This document shows, one piece after another, positions 8,250 through 15,513 of a stretch of 33,147 bases of DNA. Source of the stretch: Solirubrobacterales bacterium (lineage in GTDB: Bacteria; Actinomycetota; Thermoleophilia; Solirubrobacterales; Thermoleophilaceae); contig JBBSNG010000001.1 of the NCBI GenBank assembly GCA_038232755.1, forward strand, positions 1 through 33,147, written 5' to 3'. The position numbers were made by a program, and so were the translations under genes. Position 1 is the first letter of the stretch, and each line of letters starts with the position of its first letter. Under the pieces are notes generated by a model. That model was given only the letters and a program-made list of their open reading frames with translations. It did not search any database and had not been told where the DNA came from.

Positions 8250-9032
8250 TCACCGGCCCAACTCCGGCTCGAGAGCCGCGCGGAAGGACTCGAAGGTGAG
8301 CTGGCGGGTCGCGATGGGCTTGCCGCGGCCGGGCCTGCGCCCGAGCAGGAAGGTCGGCGTGCCCTGGACTCCCGCGGCCTGTGCCTGCCGTTCGGCCTCT
8401 CGGAGCGGGACCTGCAGGGCGGGCGACTTGATGCCGTCGAAGACGAGCTGCGGATCCACCCCGGCGCCCCGGGCGATCGCCCCGATAAACGGGTCCGTGG
8501 CGTAGCCACTTCCCTCCTCGCCTTGGTTGAGGAACCACAGCTCGGTGAAGTTCCACATCAGGTCACGGGTAGCCGCCGCGTGCGCCGCCTTTGCGGCGCG
8601 CACGGAGTCCGGGCCGACGAAGGTCAGGGTACGCAGCTCGAGGCGCAGCCGGCCGGTCCGCACGTAAGTCTCGATCACGCCGGGCAGGACCTGGATCGCG
8701 GCCCGCCGGCAGGAGAAGCACTGCAGGTCGATGAACTCGGTGAGGACCATCGGCGCGGCGGGATCGCCGAGGGTGGTGCCGTCCTGCGGGATGCCGGCGA
8801 ACGTGGCGCGGGTCTCGGCGACGCCGACCAGCCCACCCTCATCGCTGCGCTGGACGGGTTCCTCGCCGCCCTGTTGGCTGACCAGCACGAGCACGAGGAC
8901 GACCACGGCCGCGATGGCGGCGGCGACGCCGAGGTTCCGCACACGGGCTCGGCGCGACTGGCGATCTGACTGTTCCGCGGGAGCTTCGCCGTCGCTCGCG
9001 GGCTCGCCCTCGTTAGCCTGCTGAGTGCTCAC
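8250..9032 (-). CDS. Membrane-anchored DsbA-family thiol:disulfide oxidoreductase
   Basis: There is an N-terminal transmembrane segment (LGVAAAIAAVVVLVLVLV). The thioredoxin-fold active site CFSC sits within FIDLQCFSCRRAA, and the C-terminal GVQGTPTFLLG is present. GTG at 9032 is preceded by GAGGGAG. Confidence 0.8.
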   Translation of the reverse strand: MSTQQANEGEPASDGEAPAEQSDRQSRRARVRNLGVAAAIAAVVVLVLVLVSQQGGEEPVQRSDEGGLVGVAETRATFAGIPQDGTTLGDPAAPMVLTEFIDLQCFSCRRAAIQVLPGVIETYVRTGRLRLELRTLTFVGPDSVRAAKAAHAAATRDLMWNFTELWFLNQGEEGSGYATDPFIGAIARGAGVDPQLVFDGIKSPALQVPLREAERQAQAAGVQGTPTFLLGRRPGRGKPIATRQLTFESFRAALEPELGR

Positions 9033-9144
9033 GGTGCTCCCTCGGCTGGGCGGGAGATCGGTGCCGCGAAGCGTTTATACGCGCCGATCCCCCGGTCGGA
9101 TTGAGGTCAGATTACAACGCCCCTTGGTCCGGCCTGCTCGTCGT

Positions 9145-10218
9145 TCAACGCGTCGCTCGGACCGAGTACACCGGCGGCAGGTGCTTCGCCGCGGCAAACC
9201 AGCTCGCCCCCGCGTCGCCCGAGCCGAAGACCTCGCCCGTGGTCGTCCCGAAATACAGCTCGAGCTCCCGCCCCTCCCCACGCCGGTCGAGCCCGTGGCG
9301 CAGCACGGTCAGGTAGGCGTTCTCCTGCGGCAGCCCGTCGCCGCGCTCGGTCCAGCTCTCCCCCGCGTCGCGCGTCTCGTACACGCGCACGCGACCGTCG
9401 GGGGTGACGCGGTCCATGTCTGCGCTCAGGGGGATCACGTAGGCGCTGTCGGGGTCGGCCGGGTCGATCGCAAGCGGGAAGCCGAAGTCCGACGGCAGGC
9501 CGGCCCCGATGTCGATCCAGCTCTCGCCGGCGTCGTCGGAGCGGTAGACCCCGCCGTGGAACTGCATGAACATGCGCTCGGGCCGCCGCGGCGCGCGGTG
9601 GAGGCGGTGAATGCACAGCGCGGTCGTCTCTTCGCGCGACTCCTCGGGCACGTAGCGAGCGACGAGGCCTTCGTTGCCTTGGTGCCAGGTATTCCCGCCG
9701 TCCTCGGTCAACCACACGCCGGCGGCGGAGATACCCATGGCGAGGCGGTCCGGGTCGCCGGGCCAGGGTACGATCGAGTGCAGGCAGAGTCCACCCCCGC
9801 CGGGCTGCCAGTCCGGCCGCGTCGGATGGTCCCACAGCGCGCGGTTGAGCTCCCAGGAGGCGCCGCCGTCCCGGCTCTCGAAGAGCACGCCCGGGTCGCC
9901 GCCCGCGTACAGGGCGCGGTCGCCGTCGCCCTCGCCGCCGACGATCGTCCAGATGCGCTCGAGCGCCGCCTCGCCGCCCTCGGGCAGAGTGACGCCGGCG
10001 GCCTGCTCCCACTCCCCCGAGGGGTCGTCGGCGTACCAGATCTTCGGTCCGTAGAACGCGGAGGTCACCGACGCCACCAGCCGGCCCGTGTGTAGGTCGC
10101 GCATCGCGTACTCGACCGGCTCGCCGGCGAACGCCCGCGCCTTGACGTCGAGCTCGCCACCCGGCTCACCCTCGAGCACGAAGAGCCCCTTCTTGGTTCC
10201 CACGAGCAGCTCGGTCAC
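9145..10218 (-). CDS. BNR/Asp-box repeat beta-propeller protein (sialidase-like or Sortilin/VPS10-like fold)
   Basis: The 357-aa product has five Asp-box motifs (SRDGGASW, TEDGGNTW, SDDAGESW, TRDAGESW, SGDAGASW). It starts 8 nt after the stop of the ThiS/MoaD-like gene. Confidence 0.8.
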   Translation of the reverse strand: MTELLVGTKKGLFVLEGEPGGELDVKARAFAGEPVEYAMRDLHTGRLVASVTSAFYGPKIWYADDPSGEWEQAAGVTLPEGGEAALERIWTIVGGEGDGDRALYAGGDPGVLFESRDGGASWELNRALWDHPTRPDWQPGGGGLCLHSIVPWPGDPDRLAMGISAAGVWLTEDGGNTWHQGNEGLVARYVPEESREETTALCIHRLHRAPRRPERMFMQFHGGVYRSDDAGESWIDIGAGLPSDFGFPLAIDPADPDSAYVIPLSADMDRVTPDGRVRVYETRDAGESWTERGDGLPQENAYLTVLRHGLDRRGEGRELELYFGTTTGEVFGSGDAGASWFAAAKHLPPVYSVRATR

Positions 10219-10225
10219 CTGCGCG

Positions 10226-10486
10226 TCACCCTCCTGAGATCGCCGGCAGGACGTCGATCCGGTCGTCCGGGGCGACCGGCGCGTCCTCTCGCACGCACTC
10301 GCCGTTCACGAAGACGTTGATGTGGCGGCGGATCACCCCGCGCTCGTCGAGGATCCAGCCGTCGACGGCCGGGTGCTCATGCTCGAGACGGCGCAGGAGC
10401 TCGCAGACGGTGCCGGCCTCGACCGATTGCTCCGAGCGGTCTCCGGCCAGCCTCTTCAACGGTCCGCGGAGCCTCACCAGTGCCAC
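10226..10486 (-). CDS. ThiS/MoaD-family ubiquitin-like beta-grasp protein ending in Gly-Gly
   Basis: The 86-aa product ends ...NGECVREDAPVAPDDRIDVLPAISGG-stop, the canonical length and C-terminus of sulfur-carrier and ubiquitin-like proteins. Confidence 0.75.
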   Translation of the reverse strand: MALVRLRGPLKRLAGDRSEQSVEAGTVCELLRRLEHEHPAVDGWILDERGVIRRHINVFVNGECVREDAPVAPDDRIDVLPAISGG

Positions 10487-10513
10487 GGCGCCATCCTACG
10501 GCGAAGCCGGACG

Positions 10514-11524
10514 GTGGGTAAGAGCGATGCCTCCTACTCTCTCCCGGTGCCCGCGCCCAGCCTGCCCGCTCGCCTGCTCGCCGGCTACCGCGCAGCCGGC
10601 GCGACGCCTCCCTTTCGTGATCCTCGCGGCGCCCACGGCATCGAGATGGAGGGCTACTACTGGCGGATCACCGACGCGCGGTCGGGCCAGGTCGTCGTCG
10701 CCCTGTGTGGCGTCTGCCGCGCGCCCGGCGGGGACTGGGGCGCCGTCGCGCTGGCCGGGAGCGCCGACGGCTTCCTACGCGAGTCCATCACCCCGTCGGC
10801 GAGCGCCGCTCGGTCCGGACTGGGCGTCGTCGCCGGGTCGACCTTCGAAGCCACCGAGGACCGGCTGAGCGTCGATCTCGGACCGGATGCTCGCCTAGCC
10901 GTCCGCCTGCACTCCCCCACCCCCTGGCCGCACCGCGCCCTCGGCGGCCTCGGCGCCGCCCAGGCGTTCCCCGGCCTCGGCCAGTACTGGCATTCCCACC
11001 TGCTCGGCGCGCGCGTCGAGGGCCACGCCGTCCTCGGCGATCGGGCGATCGACCTCGGCGGCGCCACCGCCTACGCCGAGAAGAACTGGGGCGCCGCCTT
11101 TCCCGGGCGCTGGTGGTGGGGCCAGGCCCACGGCTTCGACGACCCCGGCGTGTGCGTCGCCTTTGCCGGCGGCGTGCTCGAGCGCGGGCCGCTCGAGCTG
11201 GCGGCCACGAGCGTCGTCGTCCACCTCGCAGCGGGCGAGACGCTGCGCCTCGTGCCGCCGCTCGCCCTCGTCGCGGTTCATACCGGACCCAGCGCGTGGC
11301 GGGTGCGCGCGCGCTCGGCGCGCCACCGCGTGACCATCGAGGGAGACTCGGGCGGCAGCGAGCCGCACCTCCTTCCCGTCCCGATCCCGGCCGAGCGCCG
11401 CACGGTCAACCGCGCGCGGCAGTATCTGGCCGGGCGCATGCGCATCGAGGTCCACACCGGGCGGCGACTGCGCTACCGCGGCGAGTCGCCGCTCGCGGGG
11501 CTCGAGCTCGGCGACGAGTCCTAG
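10514..11524 (+). CDS. Tocopherol cyclase family protein
   Basis: HGIEMEGYYWRITD and YAEKNWGAAFPGRWWWGQAHG match the hallmark blocks of the VTE1/SXD1 family. The start is uncertain (GTG at 10514 or 10547). The ORF-track start at 10322 lies inside the opposite-strand ThiS/MoaD-like gene. Confidence 0.7.
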   Translation: MGKSDASYSLPVPAPSLPARLLAGYRAAGATPPFRDPRGAHGIEMEGYYWRITDARSGQVVVALCGVCRAPGGDWGAVALAGSADGFLRESITPSASAARSGLGVVAGSTFEATEDRLSVDLGPDARLAVRLHSPTPWPHRALGGLGAAQAFPGLGQYWHSHLLGARVEGHAVLGDRAIDLGGATAYAEKNWGAAFPGRWWWGQAHGFDDPGVCVAFAGGVLERGPLELAATSVVVHLAAGETLRLVPPLALVAVHTGPSAWRVRARSARHRVTIEGDSGGSEPHLLPVPIPAERRTVNRARQYLAGRMRIEVHTGRRLRYRGESPLAGLELGDES

Positions 11525-12087
11525 CTCCCGCGCTCCGCCCGCCGCGCCGCCAGCGCCAGCGGCTCGCTGCCGATCAGCGACTCGAAGCGCCCGACCACCG
11601 CCCACAGCCCGCGCAGCCGCAGGGCCGCCCGGCGGTCGACCGGCTCGACGCGCGTCTCGCTGACGATCTTCGCGCCGCCGTCTGCGCTGGGCTCGGACCA
11701 GTGCGCGAACAGGATCCGCACGGTGCCCGGCTCGCTCCAGGCCCGGAACTCGGAGGCGCTCGACAAGCGCGGGTAGTCGCGGCGAAAGGTCCAGATCCGC
11801 CCGCACAACCCAGAGAGGAAGTGGTTCGGGCCGCTCGCCAGCGGCGTGAACGGGTAGCGGTCGAAGAGCTCGGCAAAGCGCAGGTCGGCCGGAGTGCCTG
11901 GAATGCGCCAGCGGACCAGTCGGCCGACCGAGCGGGTCTCTGACAGCCGGACGCTCTGGGCCGCGCGCCACAGCTGCTCGGCGTCGACCGCGGCCGAGCG
12001 CTCGCGGCGGGTGCGCACCGCCGCGGACCCCACCCAGGCGTCGAGGTCCTGCGAAGACAGCGGCGCCCGCGCGGCCTGAGCCGCCAC
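11521..12087 (-). CDS. Hypothetical protein, possibly an SRPBCC/DUF2867-like ligand-binding fold
   Basis: GTG at 12087 overlaps the TAG of the upstream prenyltransferase by 1 nt and gives a 189-aa product with good codon bias. The family call is weak and rests only on the C-terminal pattern RLRGLWAVVGRFESLIG. Confidence 0.5.
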   Translation of the reverse strand: MAAQAARAPLSSQDLDAWVGSAAVRTRRERSAAVDAEQLWRAAQSVRLSETRSVGRLVRWRIPGTPADLRFAELFDRYPFTPLASGPNHFLSGLCGRIWTFRRDYPRLSSASEFRAWSEPGTVRILFAHWSEPSADGGAKIVSETRVEPVDRRAALRLRGLWAVVGRFESLIGSEPLALAARRAERGS

Positions 12088-13067
12088 TAGATCCGACTGA
12101 GGACAACCCCGGCCACGAGCAGCACGCTGAACAGCAGGTGCAGCTGCGCGGTACGCAGCGGCAGGCTCGCGAGCGACTCGCTGCCCTCCTCGCGCGCGGT
12201 GCGGACCTGCTCGATGCGCCCGGTCGCGAGCGGCAGGGTCAGGAGCGGGAGGAGGATCGGCGCGTCGAACAGGCCGGCCAGCCACACGATCACCGGCGTA
12301 GCGTAGGTCAGGGTGAGCAGACCCAGGTAGAGGATCCGCGCGTTGTCGAAGCCCAGGCGCACGGCCAGCGTGCGCACCCCCGCCGCGCGGTCGCCGGGGA
12401 TGTCCGAGAGGTTGTTGCCCGACACCGTCGCCGCGATCAGCAGGCCCGGCGCGAAGCCGATCCAGAACGCGGGCGCATGGAAGGGGTCGCCGGTCACGGC
12501 GGTGTAGGCGCCCTGGGTCATCAGCGGCCCCATGAGGAAGATGATGCTGGCCTCCCCCAGCCCGGCGAACTTGAGCGGTCGCGGGCCCGCCGAGTAGCCG
12601 TAGCCGCCGACGATCCCGATGACCCCGACCAGCAGCAGCGCAGGCCCCTGAATCGCCACCATCACGAGCCCGAGGGCAAAGGCGGCGGCGAAGAAGGCGA
12701 GCGCGAGGCGACGTCCCCCGGTGATCGACATCAGCCCGGTGGTGAACACGCGCGAGTTGTCGATCTTGTCCGGCGAGTCCACGCCGCGGGCGGCGTCCTC
12801 GGTGTCGTTGATGACGTCGGTCCCGGCGTGGACGCAGAGCAGGGCGAGCAGAGCGAGCGGGAGGACGGCCCAGTTCGCCTCGGCGATCCCGATCGCCGCG
12901 AGGGCGCCGGCGAGCGCCGGCACGACCGAGGTCGGGATGTACTGCGGGCGGGTGGCCCGGAAGATGATCGCCGCACGGCTCGGAGCCTCGGGCCCCGGCG
13001 CACCGGGCCCGGCCGGCGCGGCCGTGGCCATGGCCGGTCGGCGTGGCGCTCCCTCGCTGTCGGTCAT
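12087..13067 (-). CDS. UbiA-family aromatic prenyltransferase, MenA-like
   Basis: The 326-aa product is a multi-pass membrane protein. Its first Asp-rich motif, NDTEDAARGVD, has the MenA-type N-D-x-x-D-x-x-x-G-x-D form, and the RPQYIPTSVVPALAGA segment precedes it. Confidence 0.85.
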   Translation of the reverse strand: MTDSEGAPRRPAMATAAPAGPGAPGPEAPSRAAIIFRATRPQYIPTSVVPALAGALAAIGIAEANWAVLPLALLALLCVHAGTDVINDTEDAARGVDSPDKIDNSRVFTTGLMSITGGRRLALAFFAAAFALGLVMVAIQGPALLLVGVIGIVGGYGYSAGPRPLKFAGLGEASIIFLMGPLMTQGAYTAVTGDPFHAPAFWIGFAPGLLIAATVSGNNLSDIPGDRAAGVRTLAVRLGFDNARILYLGLLTLTYATPVIVWLAGLFDAPILLPLLTLPLATGRIEQVRTAREEGSESLASLPLRTAQLHLLFSVLLVAGVVLSRI

Positions 13068-13396
13068 CTCCCCCCCTCCTGTCCGCGGTGAGCGCTCAGC
13101 ATCTCCCCCTCGGTACGCTGCGGACTCGCGCGCGGGTCACGGCGGCTACCCGCCGCTCGCGAGCAGGACGCGCTTCCAGTCCTTGCCGGTGCGCCGCCCC
13201 GACGGGATGTCCCGCCGCAGCGCTCGTCCTCGCCGGTGAGCGGCGCCCCGTGGTAGACGCCCATCGTGGTGAAGGCGATCCGCCCGCCCGAGAGCTCGAG
13301 CACGCCCTTCGTGCTGCCCGTCGCTGCTCGCAGCAGCCACGCGACCGAGCTGACCTCCTCATCGGTCTGGGCGGCGGCCGTGTCCTGCGTGCTCAT
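13064..13396 (-). CDS. Small ORF of uncertain frame upstream of the prenyltransferase
   Basis: ATG at 13396 has GAGGAG upstream. The first ~60 codons have good bias (MSTQDTAAAQTDEEVSSVAWLLRAATGSTKGVLELSGGRIAFTTMGVYHGAPLTGEDE). After about 13230 the good bias moves to another frame, which ends at the TAG at 13146-13148. The annotated frame ends in an ATGA overlap with the prenyltransferase start. Confidence 0.35.
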   Translation of the reverse strand: MSTQDTAAAQTDEEVSSVAWLLRAATGSTKGVLELSGGRIAFTTMGVYHGAPLTGEDERCGGTSRRGGAPARTGSASCSRAAGSRRDPRASPQRTEGEMLSAHRGQEGGR

Positions 13397-13657
13397 GCGG
13401 GCTCCTCGCGCGTCGGTGGTGCCGGCGCGGGAACGCGCCGCCGGTCTGGGTCCGAGCACCTATACCACGAAGCGCCGGGTCGTTCGGGGCCGGCGTGCGG
13501 CGAACCGGATTCGATGTCGAGCCGCCGCGGGGCCACCTCGTCGCTCGCCCTAGACTCAGACGAGCGCCACGGGGCTGGTGATCCGCCGGAGCCCCCTCCC
13601 CCGGGGGATCGGGCCAGCCACGGCTCGCCAGAGATCCGTGGCCGCCCGTTCCCGGTT

Positions 13658-14467
13658 ATGGCTCCCCAACTCCCCAGACCCCAGAAGCTCGCCTCGCACC
13701 TGCGCAGCGGAGCCGAGTGGGTGAACGAGCGCCGCGACCTGATGCGCGCTGTGCGGCTGCTCCGGGACTTCCTGCCGGGCGACGCCGAGTTCGGCGATCC
13801 GTATTCCACCGCCGGCAACGAGCCCGCTCAGCTCGTCGGCCGCCGCCTGTGGGCCATCAACCACTCCCGCTGGTCGGCGGCCGGCGAGACCGGCCTCGCC
13901 TTCCTCCAGGTCGCCGAGTGGGTCACGCGCCGAGAACACGCCCGCGAGGAGACGCGTGACGTGGCGATCGTCTTCACCGACCTCGTCGGGTTCTCCTCGT
14001 GGGCGCTCGAGGCGGGCGACGACCGTTCGATCGAGCTCCTGCGGCGCGTCGGGGCCACCGTCGAGGGCTGCATCGAGGCCCACGGCGGACGCCTGATCAA
14101 GCGCCTCGGCGACGGGGTCATGGCCGTCTTCGAGGAGCCCGCGGATGCCCTGGTCGCCATGCACGAGGCCATCGAGCGGGTGGAGAGGCTTCCGGCCGAG
14201 GGCTACCGGCCGCAGATGCGCGCGGGCCTCCACGTCGGGCAGGCGCGCCGGCTCGGCGGCGACTACCTCGGCGTCGACGTCAACGTCGCCTCGCGTATCT
14301 GCGAGGACGCCAAGGAAGGAGAGGCACTCATCTCCCGCCCGGCCCTCGAGCGCCTCGAAGGCGCGCCGGTCGAGATCCGAGGCAAGCGCACGGTGGAGCG
14401 GCCGGGCGTGCCTCGCGATCTCGAGGTCTACGTCGTCGCGCTGAACGGATACCGCGAGGGCGGCTGA
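13658..14467 (+). CDS. Class III adenylate/guanylate cyclase
   Basis: The catalytic-domain blocks VAIVFTDLVGFSSW, RLIKRLGDGVMAVF and GLHVGQARRLGGDYLGVDVNVASRI are present. The start is ambiguous: ATG at 13658, or in-frame ATG at 13514. Confidence 0.85.
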   Translation: MAPQLPRPQKLASHLRSGAEWVNERRDLMRAVRLLRDFLPGDAEFGDPYSTAGNEPAQLVGRRLWAINHSRWSAAGETGLAFLQVAEWVTRREHAREETRDVAIVFTDLVGFSSWALEAGDDRSIELLRRVGATVEGCIEAHGGRLIKRLGDGVMAVFEEPADALVAMHEAIERVERLPAEGYRPQMRAGLHVGQARRLGGDYLGVDVNVASRICEDAKEGEALISRPALERLEGAPVEIRGKRTVERPGVPRDLEVYVVALNGYREGG

Positions 14468-14475
14468 ACGACCGC

Positions 14476-15453
14476 TCAGGCGACCAGGCCCGGAGCCGCC
14501 GCTTCGCCTCCGGAGAGCGCCTCGCGACCGTGCGGCGCCTCGAAGTCCGCGTCGGGCCGGATCGCCACCAGGCCGCTCGGATTGATGTGCGGGTGAGTGC
14601 GGTAGTAGTGGGCGCGGATATCGTCGAAGCGCACGGTCTCGGCGATCCCGGGCCACTGATAGAGGTCGCGGACGTAGGGCCACAGGCTGGAGTAGTCGAC
14701 GACCCGCCGCCGGCTGCACTTGAAGTGGATGTTGTAGACGGCGTCGAAGCGCAGGAGGGTGGTGAACAGCCGCCAGTCGGTCTCGACCGGCTCATCGCCG
14801 AAGAGGAAGCGCGTCGTGGCCAGGCGCTCGTCGAGCTCGTCGAGCAGTTCGAAGAGGCCGTGCACCGTGGTCTCGTAGACCGTCTGGTCGGTCGAGAAGC
14901 CCGCCACGTAGACGGCGTTGTTCACGCTCGTGTAGATGCGGGCGTTGAGCTCGTCCATCTCGGCGCGATGAGCCTGGGGGTAGAGGCCGGCCTCGCGCGT
15001 GGCCAGGTCGCCGAAGCCCGTGGTGAGCATGCGCAGGATGTCGGCGGACTCGTTGTTGACGATCCGCCCGGTCTGCGTGTCCCACAGCACGGGGACGCTG
15101 AAGCGGCCCTCGTAGGCCGGGTCGGTGGCGGCGTAGGCCTCGCTGAGGAACTCGAAGCCGTTGATCGGGTCGACGTACTCGCCGCCGGTGAAGGCCCAGG
15201 AGCGCTCGTCGCGTATCGGGTCGACCACTGACAACCCGATCACATCCTCGAGGCCCTTGAGCAGGCGTCCGATGACCGTGCGGTGCGCCCAGGGGCAGGC
15301 CCAGGAGACGTACAGGTGGTAGCGGCCGGGCTCGGCCGGGTAGGGCGTCGAGCCGTCGGCCGCGACCCACTCCCGAAAGGCGCTGGGCGGGCGCTCGTAC
15401 CTGCCGCGCGCGAGGGCGGCGCCGAGGCCCGTGTCGAAGCGGCGCTCAGGCAA
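14476..15453 (-). CDS. Xi-class glutathione-S-transferase-like glutathionyl-hydroquinone reductase (YqjG/ECM4 family)
   Basis: The 325-aa product has the diagnostic active-site motif CPWAHR within YHLYVSWACPWAHRTVI. Its length and C-terminal region are typical of the family. Confidence 0.85.
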   Translation of the reverse strand: MPERRFDTGLGAALARGRYERPPSAFREWVAADGSTPYPAEPGRYHLYVSWACPWAHRTVIGRLLKGLEDVIGLSVVDPIRDERSWAFTGGEYVDPINGFEFLSEAYAATDPAYEGRFSVPVLWDTQTGRIVNNESADILRMLTTGFGDLATREAGLYPQAHRAEMDELNARIYTSVNNAVYVAGFSTDQTVYETTVHGLFELLDELDERLATTRFLFGDEPVETDWRLFTTLLRFDAVYNIHFKCSRRRVVDYSSLWPYVRDLYQWPGIAETVRFDDIRAHYYRTHPHINPSGLVAIRPDADFEAPHGREALSGGEAAAPGLVA

Positions 15454-15513
15454 GGCTCTCCTTCCCGAGCTCCATCGCGGGCTCGGCGCGCTCGGCGCGC
15501 TCCTCGGGAGCTC

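Noticed and set aside
10705-11943. 412-aa plus-strand ORF overlapping the tocopherol-cyclase-like gene in another frame
   Set aside because: The product is extremely Arg/Pro-rich (RRRRP-type runs) with no recognisable domain. The 10514-11524 frame carries the family motifs.
13043-13657. Long N-terminal extension of the adenylate cyclase ORF back to 13043
   Set aside because: The extension overlaps the minus-strand small ORF and the prenyltransferase start, and it is Arg/Ser/Pro-rich. The cyclase most likely starts at ATG 13658, or at most ATG 13514.
13397-13657. Structured-looking leader (a CCCCCGGGGG palindrome and a GCCACGG...CCGTGGC stem) upstream of the cyclase, as a possible riboswitch
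   Set aside because: I could not match it to any riboswitch consensus from memory. Part of the region may be coding if the cyclase starts at 13514. A covariance-model scan (Rfam/Infernal) would be needed.
15481-15498. Tandem 9-bp duplication GCTCGGCGC x2 between the GST and aminopeptidase genes
   Set aside because: There are only two copies of a GC-rich nonamer, with no further periodicity. It is too short to call a repeat element or a CRISPR-like structure.
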